Source of the DNA: Gemmata obscuriglobus
GTDB lineage: Bacteria; Planctomycetota; Planctomycetia; Gemmatales; Gemmataceae
Assembly (NCBI RefSeq): GCF_008065095.1
Contig: NZ_CP042911.1
Location: 8,640,001 to 8,672,000 of the forward strand
Direction of reading: 5' to 3'
DNA length: 32,000 nucleotides
Of this stretch, positions 8,197 through 16,341 are shown piece by piece (position 1 is the stretch's first letter; the number at the start of each line of letters is the position of its first letter). Below the pieces are notes generated by a model that ran no database searches, was not told where the DNA came from, and worked only from the letters and a program-made list of their open reading frames with translations. A program made the translations under genes and the position numbers.

Positions 8197-8247
8197 GCCG
8201 GTGCCGAGGTGCCGGAAATTCTCGATACGAATCTTCGCCAGTTTCAC
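8197..8247 (-). pseudogene. First 17 codons of the ATPase gene split by the IS701-like insertion
   Basis: ATG at 8247 gives MKLAKIRIENFRHLGTG, then the IS TIR. IENFR is the typical N-terminal motif of RecF/SMC/OLD/AAA_15-23 type ATPases. Confidence 0.5.
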
Positions 8248-8252
8248 GTTTC

Positions 8253-8283
8253 GCCGTCGCCGGTCATTGTAACCGGCGACGGC
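8253..8283 (-). terminator. GC-rich hairpin downstream of hppA
   Basis: 12-bp perfect stem GCCGTCGCCGGT (8253-8264) / ACCGGCGACGGC (8272-8283) with a 7-nt loop, about 50 nt after the hppA stop. No U-tract, so the terminator role is inferred from position only. Confidence 0.4.
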
Positions 8284-8332
8284 ACGAACACCGCGGCCAG
8301 AGCTCCCCAGAGGTCGGGGCGGTCGCGGTCAC

Positions 8333-11305
8333 TTACTTCTGAACTGGCTCTTTGTCCATCGCGCTCATCTCGGCGGTCTCCTTCTTCGACTGCCACCACG
8401 CCCACAGCACCGCCAGCCCCGCCACGCCCGCGACCGCGGCGCCCACGGTCCAGTTCCCGGCCCCGTCCTTCACGTTGTGCATCATCACCAGCGGCAGCGC
8501 GAGCAGGCTCACCATGTTCATCACCTTGATGAGCGGGTTGATCGCCGGGCCGCTCGTGTCCTTCAGCGGGTCGCCGACCGTGTCGCCGGTGACGCTCGCC
8601 TTGTGCTTCTCGCTGCCCTTACCGGTGTTGCGTTCCTTGTCCCTCGGCTCGTCCTCGATCATCTTCTTGGCGTTGTCCCACGATCCGCCCGCGTTCGACA
8701 TGAACACCGCCATGAGCTGGCCGGTGAGGATCATCCCGGCGAGGAACCCGCCGAGCGCGAACGGCCCCAGCAGGAAGCCCACCACGAGCGGCGTGCCGAT
8801 CGCGAGCAGCCCGGGGCCGATCAGCTCGTGTTGAGCGGTCGCCGTGCAGATCGCCACCACGCGCCCGTAGTCCGGCGTCTTCGTGCCCGCCATGATCTCG
8901 GGGTCGCGGAACTGCTTGCGACACTCGAACACGATCAGGTACGCCGCGCGCCCCACCGCGCGAATGGTCATCGCGCTGAACAGGAACGGCACCGCGCCGC
9001 CGATCAGCATCCCGATGAACACCAGCGGTTCGGCGACGGTGAGCTTCGAGGCCCCTTGCGTGAAATCGCCGATCAGGAGCTGGCCGATCTTCTCCTCGGA
9101 GCCGGTCACCAGCACCGCGATGAAGCTGGCGAACAGCGACACCGCCGCAATCACCGCCGAGCCGATCGCCACGCCCTTGGTAATGGCCTTTGTGGTGTTC
9201 CCGACGGCGTCCAGGTCGGCGAGGATCTGCCGCGCGTCCGCGTTCTCGGCGTCCGGCATGAACCCGGGTTCACCGTCTTTCAAGTTCTGGCCGTTCACGT
9301 CACGGTTGAACGACATCTCGCCGATGCCGTTCGCGTTATCGGCGATCGGGCCGAACACGTCCATGCTGATCGTGTCGCCGGTCAGCGTGAGCATCCCGAT
9401 GCCGGTCATCGCGACCCCGAACGCGAGGTACAACAGGTTCTGCGAGTCGCCGCACACCGCAACCGCAGCGAGGATCGCGCCGGAAATAAGGAGCACCGCC
9501 CACACCGAGCTTTCGAGGCCGAGTGCCAGGCCCGAAATGATGTTGGTCGCGTGCCCGGTGCTGCTGGCCCGCACCACCTCCCGCACCGGACTGTACTCGG
9601 TGCTGGTCCAGTACTCGGTACACTTGTTGAGCAGCACCGCGAGCAGGATGCCGATGAGGCAGCACCACGCGACCGCCAGGTTCAGCCCCGGCCGCAGCGG
9701 CACGTGGTACCGGGCTTGCGCCAGTTCGAGCAGCGTCGCGGTCGCACGCAGCTCCCCGTCCTGGGCCACACGACGGGTCCGCAGGTCGGTGACGAGTTGC
9801 AGTTCGTGCTCGCCCCCGGCCGCGGCCACCTTGACCCGGCGCTGCGCGAGCTGGTCGCGCGCCTCGGGGGCGAGCTTGCGCCACACCGCCAGCGCGTCGG
9901 TCCGGTGCCGGTCCACCTCCGCTTCCAGCGCGACCGTTTTCGGGGCGCTCCGCTCGGCCCCGCTCCGCAGGTCGCGCAGCTCCTTCACCTCGGACGCCAC
10001 GGTCCGCGGGCCGGCGTGCGTGAGCCCCAGTTCGGCGCGCAGGTCGGTGTTGTCGAACAGCTCCTGGTACATCCCGCGGTCGATGCCCCGCTCCACGATG
10101 TAGGCCGCGTCGAACCGCAGATAGATGAGGCCGAACAGCATGAACCCGAGGGTGCTGATGACCGCACTGCGCCAGAACCCGCGGTTGATCGCCCCCATCG
10201 CGGTCGAGCTGCTGCCCGTCGTCATGCCGGCACCGACCAGCGACGTGCTGATGACGCTGGCGACCACGCCCACCGCCTGCACGAGCAGCGGGAAGATCAT
10301 CCCCTTGAACCCGAACGCCGCGTACCCGAGCATCACCGCCGCCACCATCGTGACCGAGTAGCTCTCGAACACGTCGGCCGCCATCCCGGCGCAGTCGCCG
10401 ACGTTGTCGCCGACGTTGTCGGCGATGGTCGCGGCGTTCCGCGGGTCGTCCTCGGCGATGGACTGCTCCACCTTCCCGACGAGGTCCGCGCCGACGTCGG
10501 CGGCCTTGGTGTAAATCCCACCGCCCACGCGCATGAACAGCGCCAGAAGGGACCCGCCGAACCCGTAGCCGATCAGGATCTCGTAAGCCAGTTCGCCGAA
10601 CACGAGCAAGATGAGCGTGCCGCCGAGCAGCCCCAGCCCGCAGGTGAACATGCCCGTGATGGTGCCGGTCTTGTACGCCAGCCGCATGGCGGCGCCGAAG
10701 TTCGCCCTCGTGTCGCCGGCCTCGCGCCGCGCGCGGGCGGCGGCGGCGACGCGCAGGTTGCCCGCCGTGGCGAGCCGCATCCCGGTGAAGCCCACCGCGG
10801 CCGAGAAGAGAGCGCCCATCAGGAACGCCACCCCGCGCCCGACCGCGATCGTCTTCAGCTCGTCGATCGAGTGCATCCCGGGCTCGGCCTCCCACGGCCA
10901 CTTCGACGCGATGATGACGCCCGTCAGCAGCACGATCAGCACGCCGACCACCGCGAACTGGCGTCGAAGGTAGGCGTTCGCCCCCTCGCGCACCGCCTGC
11001 GCGACCTTCTGCATCGCCGGCGTGCCGGTGTCGGCCGCGTACACCTCCTTCATCAGCCGGGCGGCGTACACGAGCCCGCCGACCGCGACCGCGAGGCACC
11101 CGAGCAGGCCGAGCTTCTCACCGAACCCGTAAGCGCCCGACGTAAGAAACGCGAACGGCTCCCAGGCGGAGCCGAACACGGTCCAATCGGCAGTCGGGCG
11201 GCCCGAGAAGTCGCCCGCCCCGAGCAACCCGATCGGGAGGGCGCAAACGACGAGCAGCAGCCACGGGAACCGCGGCCGGCGGGCGCGAGAGCGAGAGAGG
11301 GACAT
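8333..11305 (-). CDS. hppA: Membrane-bound H+-translocating pyrophosphatase, K+-independent type, 990 aa
   Basis: Family motifs GGGIYTKAADVGADLVGKVE, DNVGDNVGDCAGMAADVFESY, TEYWTSTEYSPVREV, GHATNIISGLALGLES, DAVGNTTKAITKGVAIGSA, SNAGGSWDNAKK, GDTVGDPLKDTSGPAINPLIKV. The Lys in GNTTKA (codon 9188-9190) is the known marker of K+-independent enzymes. Confidence 0.92.
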   Translation of the reverse strand: MSLSRSRARRPRFPWLLLVVCALPIGLLGAGDFSGRPTADWTVFGSAWEPFAFLTSGAYGFGEKLGLLGCLAVAVGGLVYAARLMKEVYAADTGTPAMQKVAQAVREGANAYLRRQFAVVGVLIVLLTGVIIASKWPWEAEPGMHSIDELKTIAVGRGVAFLMGALFSAAVGFTGMRLATAGNLRVAAAARARREAGDTRANFGAAMRLAYKTGTITGMFTCGLGLLGGTLILLVFGELAYEILIGYGFGGSLLALFMRVGGGIYTKAADVGADLVGKVEQSIAEDDPRNAATIADNVGDNVGDCAGMAADVFESYSVTMVAAVMLGYAAFGFKGMIFPLLVQAVGVVASVISTSLVGAGMTTGSSSTAMGAINRGFWRSAVISTLGFMLFGLIYLRFDAAYIVERGIDRGMYQELFDNTDLRAELGLTHAGPRTVASEVKELRDLRSGAERSAPKTVALEAEVDRHRTDALAVWRKLAPEARDQLAQRRVKVAAAGGEHELQLVTDLRTRRVAQDGELRATATLLELAQARYHVPLRPGLNLAVAWCCLIGILLAVLLNKCTEYWTSTEYSPVREVVRASSTGHATNIISGLALGLESSVWAVLLISGAILAAVAVCGDSQNLLYLAFGVAMTGIGMLTLTGDTISMDVFGPIADNANGIGEMSFNRDVNGQNLKDGEPGFMPDAENADARQILADLDAVGNTTKAITKGVAIGSAVIAAVSLFASFIAVLVTGSEEKIGQLLIGDFTQGASKLTVAEPLVFIGMLIGGAVPFLFSAMTIRAVGRAAYLIVFECRKQFRDPEIMAGTKTPDYGRVVAICTATAQHELIGPGLLAIGTPLVVGFLLGPFALGGFLAGMILTGQLMAVFMSNAGGSWDNAKKMIEDEPRDKERNTGKGSEKHKASVTGDTVGDPLKDTSGPAINPLIKVMNMVSLLALPLVMMHNVKDGAGNWTVGAAVAGVAGLAVLWAWWQSKKETAEMSAMDKEPVQK

Positions 11306-11522
11306 TACAGTGTCCTGGCGCTTGGGTCTTGGCGGTCCGAGCCGTTCGGTCGCGAGCGGAAAGAGCGAAAGCCCACCGTTCGGCGGTCTCGACCGGAACA
11401 GCGCGGGGCTTGTAACAAGCTGTCACAAACCCCAGCAAGGGTGGTAAGAATACTCTGTGAAGAACGCGCCGTCTACTCGCCAGATTCGGACATTGTGGAC
11501 GCCACTCCGAAGAAGAAGCGGA

Positions 11523-12461
11523 TCACAACCCGGTCGTGGTGCGGAACTCGGCGAGCGTAGCTGCTGTCGCCGCCTGGGTCGTCCACACTTGAAGTTTGAC
11601 GAGGTCGGCGCACGAGCGAACGGCCGCTTCCACTTCGGCCGGGGCGCTTCCGAACTTGGCCACGAGGACGTTCAGGAGCATCAGGACCGCCTGCTCGGCG
11701 CGCCCCTCGGCGCGCCCCTCGGCCACGCCTTTAGCCTTACCCAGAGCGATCCACTCGTTCACGACGGGTGATTCGATCACGTTCCAACCCTCCAGTGCCT
11801 TTTCCCAAACCTCGCGGCGACCAGCGGCAGCGGCGAAGACGAGCGCCAAACCGCCGTAGGTGCCTCGGGCACGGCGGTCCGACTCGCCTTCCGCAAGCAC
11901 CTTCCACCGGTCGATGATACCCGCATCGTCGCCACCGGTCATCAGCGGGAGCCACGGCAGCAGCGCCCGCGACCAGTGCCCGGCCTCAATTCCCGCAAGC
12001 AAGGTGGCGGCGCGCTCGGTTACGAGGTTCCGTTCGACAACGCCGAGGTGCGTGACCAGCGGCGTGCCGGGCCAGCGCATCTCGCGCGAAGCGCGACCCG
12101 TACCGGTCAGGTTTACGACCACCGCCCCGATGTTGAACCGACTGCCGCGCTCCGGGTCCGGCTTCAGCGATTGCCACAGGTGCCCGAGGTAGATCATCAG
12201 CCGCCCAAACATCATCGGGTCCGGCTCGATCTGGAACTCGATCGCGATCGCCCACGGGGCCTCTTCGGTTCCAAAGTTACGGGCGCGGGCCACCGTATCG
12301 CCGATCTGGTCCGGCTCATGCGGTAGGGGAACGGCCCGCGTGTCGAGCCAGCCGCCGAACGTGATTTCCGATGTGGGAACCCCAAACGCCCACGCGAGGA
12401 ACGCAAGCGGGTCCATCTTCGTGACGTATCGCGCCGCCTTATCGAACGGGTTCGCTGGCAT
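11523..12461 (-). CDS. Rpn-family / PD-(D/E)XK putative-transposase-like protein with DUF4351-like C-terminus
   Basis: Start trimmed to MPANPFDKAARYV (ATG at 12461). WAIAIEFQIEPDPMMFGRLMIYLGHLW resembles the recalled ..hiEFQ....m..Rml.Y core. The C-terminal GVAEGRAEGRAEQAVLMLLNVLVAKFGSAPAEVEAAV fits the DUF4351 pattern. Confidence 0.55.
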   Translation of the reverse strand: MPANPFDKAARYVTKMDPLAFLAWAFGVPTSEITFGGWLDTRAVPLPHEPDQIGDTVARARNFGTEEAPWAIAIEFQIEPDPMMFGRLMIYLGHLWQSLKPDPERGSRFNIGAVVVNLTGTGRASREMRWPGTPLVTHLGVVERNLVTERAATLLAGIEAGHWSRALLPWLPLMTGGDDAGIIDRWKVLAEGESDRRARGTYGGLALVFAAAAGRREVWEKALEGWNVIESPVVNEWIALGKAKGVAEGRAEGRAEQAVLMLLNVLVAKFGSAPAEVEAAVRSCADLVKLQVWTTQAATAATLAEFRTTTGL

Positions 12462-13387
12462 CACGCCCTCGCGTCGGTGAACGACCGCGCGACGTCTACG
12501 CCGACCAGATCGGACCACGCCGCGAGCAGTTTCGCCAGCACAGGCCCGAACGGCTCGAACGTTTGCGAGGCGCACACCGTTCCGCCGACCAGCTCGCGCG
12601 CCGCGGCGAGACAGAATCCGGTACCTGTGAGCAGAAATTCGGACCCGTGAGCGGCATCCCGATGGTGAACCAGGGCCTCGGTGTACGGAACACCGACAGC
12701 ACAACACAGCTCGCGCGTCACCTTCAAGCTGATCCCATCAAGGACGGTTCCCGGCGGTGGGCTAACGACCCCTCCGTCGCGCACGATAAGGATGTTCGCG
12801 ACACTGGTTTCTGTGAGGCACTCGTCCTCAACGGCGAGGGCCAAGGCGGTGCTTCCGGCTAGCGCACGAGCCTGGTTGTCCGCGACGTGCCACGCCATGC
12901 GGCTGCGGTGCTTCACCGCCGGCGGAACGACACCGTTTGGCGCCGACCAGACGTTGGCGACGGCACCGAGTCGGACGCCCTCGGTAAAAAACGTCCGGTA
13001 CCGGGCAAATGGAAGTGGGTAAGTGACCATCCCGAGGGTCGGCGGGCCGTTCTGCGGCTCTCCGCGGTAGAAGCCGAGCGGCCCGGGGGTTGCGAACGTC
13101 ACCAACTGAAGTTCGCCGCCGGGCGGCAGCAGTTTCGCGTTGTGCGCAACCAATTCGTGGGCGGCGGCGGTGAGCTGTTCGTCGGTCGAACCGAGTGGAA
13201 CGTAGCACGCGACACAATCCCGCCGAAAACGCGCGAGGTGGTCCGCCCAGCGGAACAGTTTGTGGCGGAAGGTGCGGGCGTTGTCTACCACCGTAGCGCC
13301 CGAAACGAACCCGGCGTCGTGGAGTGAGAGCGCGGCTTCCGAAAAAGGCACGAGCCGACCGTTGAAGTACGCGAGCGGGGCGTTCAC
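12461..13387 (-). CDS. Class IV (fold type IV PLP) aminotransferase / aminodeoxychorismate-lyase-like protein
   Basis: YFNGRLVPFSEAALSLHDAGFVSG, PPAVKHRSRMAW (a KH..R context like the catalytic Lys region of PabC/IlvE-type enzymes), ETSVANILIVRDGGVVSPP, LDGISLKVTREL. Confidence 0.75.
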   Translation of the reverse strand: MNAPLAYFNGRLVPFSEAALSLHDAGFVSGATVVDNARTFRHKLFRWADHLARFRRDCVACYVPLGSTDEQLTAAAHELVAHNAKLLPPGGELQLVTFATPGPLGFYRGEPQNGPPTLGMVTYPLPFARYRTFFTEGVRLGAVANVWSAPNGVVPPAVKHRSRMAWHVADNQARALAGSTALALAVEDECLTETSVANILIVRDGGVVSPPPGTVLDGISLKVTRELCCAVGVPYTEALVHHRDAAHGSEFLLTGTGFCLAAARELVGGTVCASQTFEPFGPVLAKLLAAWSDLVGVDVARSFTDARA

Positions 13388-13450
13388 GGCTTATCCCTGA
13401 GTCCAGCTTCGGCTACGAGGACGGGTCCCACTGCCCGCTCGCGCAACAGA

Positions 13451-14923
13451 TGTAGTTTCCGCGAAGTTATAGGTCTCAAGCGGCGAGATCCAGGCACCGG
13501 CGCGCGAGGGCGCATATTCTCGCGGGATCCTGTTGGTCCCCCACAACGGCCTGAATCTCCTCGGCCAGCAACTGGTGCTGCCAGGCTCGGCGCTTGTCCG
13601 CGTGACTCGGGCGCCGGTTCGGGTCATCCCACGGAGAGGCGGACCGATGCCCGACCAGTTCTTCGGCCTTCCGGTCCCAGGCCCATACCTCGGTCATGGT
13701 GAACGACCACAGGCACAGATGAAAGGATCCGATATCGGCCGGCAACCGGCGCACCTGTTGGCGGCCCGCACCGGCGGTCGGCTTGAGGTCCCGGAAGCAC
13801 GTCTCCAGGGCGAACCGGTCGGCCACCCGTTCCAGGACATGGGCCGCGGTTGGGCCGTGTCGGTGCCGAAGAACGCGCCCCACCCGTGGGGTTCGTTCAC
13901 CAGCACCACCCGGGTCGCACACCCGGCCGGGCGCCACGTGGCCACGAACGTCTTGTACCGCTTCTGCACGGTCTTCCCGTACACGGTAAATGTGCCGGTG
14001 CTCTACCCGCCGTGGTGGGCGGCCCGCTTGACCAGTGCCCCCCGGTCCGTGCCACACACCCGTGGGTGCCCGGGCTCGCGGGCCAGGCACCGAGCACAGG
14101 GCCGCGTTCCGCCGCAACCGGCTCACCACCGTCACCCCGAGTTGCCGCAGGGGCTTGAGCACCGGCCCCTGGGTGTCCGCCCCGTCGGCCGCCACCCACA
14201 CCGCCTTGCCCCACAACCGGAGCCACCCATGGCGCCACCGCACCAAGCCCACGACCATCGTCCGCTTGGTCGCAAACGGCGGCCAGTCGGCCGCGCGGGC
14301 CGCCCCCAGGTTCTTTTTCCGGATGTACAGCCGGGCCAACAGGGGGAGCGCCACGCCCCCGCCCAGCGGGTGCGACACCAATAACCCGAGGACCACCCAC
14401 ACGTGCCGTACGCGAACGCACTCCCGCCCTCTCGTGTCGGGTTGTGATGCACCACGGCCCCTTGCACCTTCGGGCCGTACCGCTCCGTCGGGGTGTCGTC
14501 CAACGCCAGCACCACCCGCGGCCCCGTTGCCACCACGGGCTTGAGCACCTTGAGCAACAGCCGCGTGGCGATGCGGTCGGCGCGGCGCCCGACGGCCGCG
14601 ACCGTGGCGTAGCACCGGCGGTACTGGGTGGAGCGCCCGGCGGCCCGAATCCTGTTGCTGAGGGCGCGGCGCCCGCGGGTCCGGATCAGGCCCAAGAACA
14701 GGACCACCAGCCGGCACCCGGACCGCGGGTCCAACGCCCCCCGCGAGCACCGAAAACCACTGGTATCGAGGGACCGGGGTATGCGACGATAACGTGGCCG
14801 CATCCGTTCGGAGTACGTTGGTGGTGGGTAACGCCATCGTCCCGGGCGGACCGGCACTCGTCTACTACCAATCCCGGGGCTCACGCCAACACGCCAACGG
14901 CCTATAAATTCGCGGAAAGTGCA
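13451..14923 (-). pseudogene. Decayed IS701-like element (second, diverged copy)
   Basis: Degenerate TIRs: TGTAGTTTCCGCGAAG at 13451-13466 and ATTCGCGGAAAGTGCAG at 14908-14923. Homology to the 6735-8120 transposase jumps between three minus-strand frames (ORFs 13476-14837, 14132-14965, 13694-13984), at least four frame changes. No TSD. Confidence 0.7.
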
Positions 14924-15031
14924 GCTTTGCTGAAGAAGGAAAGCAACTGGGGGTGGTTCAGCCACAAGATTTACGAAGTGGATAACGTCGCGGTGCTCAC
15001 CGAGTTGATGCGCACCTGGCGCGAGTGGGCC

Positions 15032-16153
15032 TCACCCGCCTGACCGTAGGCAAATTTGCGCGAGCGCCCACGCGGCGGCTTCGCGGATCGTTTCTTCGGA
15101 ATCGGTGAGCGCCTGCTCCAGCGCCGGAACGGCCCGCGAGTCGCCGATGTTACCTAAAACGATGGCGGCGTTCCGCAGGAGACCGGGCCGGCGGTTGCGA
15201 AACAGGGACGTTTTCTTGAAGCGCTTGCGAAAGGCGTCGGCGTCGAGCCCAAGGAGTTCAATCGGGTCGAGCCAGGCCAGTTCCGGGTCGTGCGGGAACG
15301 CAACGGTCCGCTCGCCCGCGTTCCGGTTCCAGGGGCACACGTCCTGGCACACGTCGCAGCCGTACAGCCAGTGCCCCATCGGCTCGCGGAGTTCGACCGG
15401 AATTTCCGACCGCAGCTCGACGGTCAAATAGCTGATGCACTTGCGCGCGTCGAGGACGTAGGGCTCGGTGAACGCGCCGGTCGGGCACGCCTCAAGGCAC
15501 CGGGTACAGGTTCCGCAGTGCGAAGAGGTAGCAGGCGGGTCGGGTGCCAGTTCGAGGGTCGTGAGAATCGCGCCGAGGAAGAAGAAGCTCCCGCGGCGGG
15601 TGTTAATGAGCATCGTGTTCTTGCCGACCCACCCCAACCCAGCGCGCCGGGCGAAGTCGCGTTCGAGAAGGGGGGCGGTGTCGGCGACCGCTTCGGTGCG
15701 CGATCCGGGCACCTGCTCTTCGAGCCACGCCGCGAGGGCGTTGAGCCGGTCCCAGATGTAACGGTGATAGTCCGGTCCGGCGGCGTAGGCGGCGACCCTT
15801 CCGAAATGCGGAGTGCGGAATTCGGAATGCGGAACAGCAGAAGGGGAATTCGTGCTGCTCGTTTCGCCTTTCTCTTGGGTTTCGTTTTCACTCCGAATTC
15901 CGAATTCCGCACTCCGCACTCCACTATATTCGAGACCCACCATCAACACGCTGCGCACGTCGTCCAGCACGCTCCGCGGGTGCTGTCGCTCCGCCCGCAA
16001 CTTGGGCAGGTAGCTCATTTCGCCGGCGAACCCGCGGTCGAGCCACACCGCGAACCGCCCGAAGCCGTCGGCGTCGGTCGCGGGGGCGATGCCCGACAGT
16101 GCGAACCCCAGCCGCGCGGCCTCGGCCTTCAGACGCTCTTCGATGTCACCCAT
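15032..16153 (-). CDS. queG: Epoxyqueuosine reductase
   Basis: MGDIEERLKAEAARLGF..., GPDYHRY, LGWVGKNTMLIN, GSFFFLG, CGTCTRCLEACPTGA, DARKCISYLTVEL, YGCDVCQDVCPWNR, then HEAT-like C-terminus LRNAAIVLGN. Start trimmed to ATG 16153. The longer ORF crosses the 16220-16291 hairpin. Confidence 0.88.
   Translation of the reverse strand: MGDIEERLKAEAARLGFALSGIAPATDADGFGRFAVWLDRGFAGEMSYLPKLRAERQHPRSVLDDVRSVLMVGLEYSGVRSAEFGIRSENETQEKGETSSTNSPSAVPHSEFRTPHFGRVAAYAAGPDYHRYIWDRLNALAAWLEEQVPGSRTEAVADTAPLLERDFARRAGLGWVGKNTMLINTRRGSFFFLGAILTTLELAPDPPATSSHCGTCTRCLEACPTGAFTEPYVLDARKCISYLTVELRSEIPVELREPMGHWLYGCDVCQDVCPWNRNAGERTVAFPHDPELAWLDPIELLGLDADAFRKRFKKTSLFRNRRPGLLRNAAIVLGNIGDSRAVPALEQALTDSEETIREAAAWALAQICLRSGG
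15807..15918. repeat. Heptamer-armed hairpin element inside the queG reading frame
   Basis: TGCGGAGTGCGGAATTCGGAAT at 15807-15828 is the perfect reverse complement of 15897-15918 (22-bp stem, 68-nt loop). The arms are tandem 7-mers (AATGCGG AGTGCGG AATTCGG AATGCGG). Confidence 0.9.
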
Positions 16154-16219
16154 AAGAACTGGTAGCGGAAGGGGCGAATGACCGTGGCTTCGTTTCAGCC
16201 CTCGTGTTCGCGAAGACAG

Positions 16220-16291
16220 ATTTTGACAGGATCGACAGGATTTCAAATTGATCTATCTTCATCCTGTTTATCCTGTCGATCCTGTCAAAAT
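16220..16291. repeat. Hairpin element with 9-nt tandem units between the ADP-ribosylglycohydrolase gene and queG
   Basis: ATTTTGACAGGATCGACAGGAT at 16220-16241 is the perfect reverse complement of 16270-16291 (22-bp stem, 28-nt AT-rich loop). The unit ATCCTGTNN repeats three times on the right side. Confidence 0.85.
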
Positions 16292-16341
16292 CTTCTGGGC
16301 CTTTCCATCTGAGCGACAGCTACCGGCCCCGTCCGGGCGAA

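Noticed and set aside
8477-11560. 1027-aa plus-strand ORF, the longest in the window
   Set aside because: It is antisense to hppA, which carries every pyrophosphatase family motif. Its translation is Arg/His/Pro/Gly-rich low-complexity sequence, typical of stop-free antisense frames in high-GC DNA. The same applies to the many other long overlapping ORFs, for example 9336-11099, 17501-18649, 25209-26228 and 30687-31493.
6709-14923. Composite transposon formed by the two same-orientation IS701-like copies flanking hppA, the Rpn-like gene and the aminotransferase
   Set aside because: The left copy has its own GCCGGT target duplication and cleanly splits one gene, which indicates a simple insertion. 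The right copy is a diverged, frameshifted relic without a TSD. No shared outer duplication exists. Homologous recombination between them remains possible.
14924-15043. Tail of plus ORF 14444-15043 (...LLKKESNWGWFSHKIYEVDNVAVLTELMRTWREWASPA) as a C-terminal remnant of a gene cut by the decayed IS
   Set aside because: It is only about 40 codons, with no upstream partner on the other side of the IS and no recognisable family. It also overlaps the queG 3' end. There is not enough evidence to call it.
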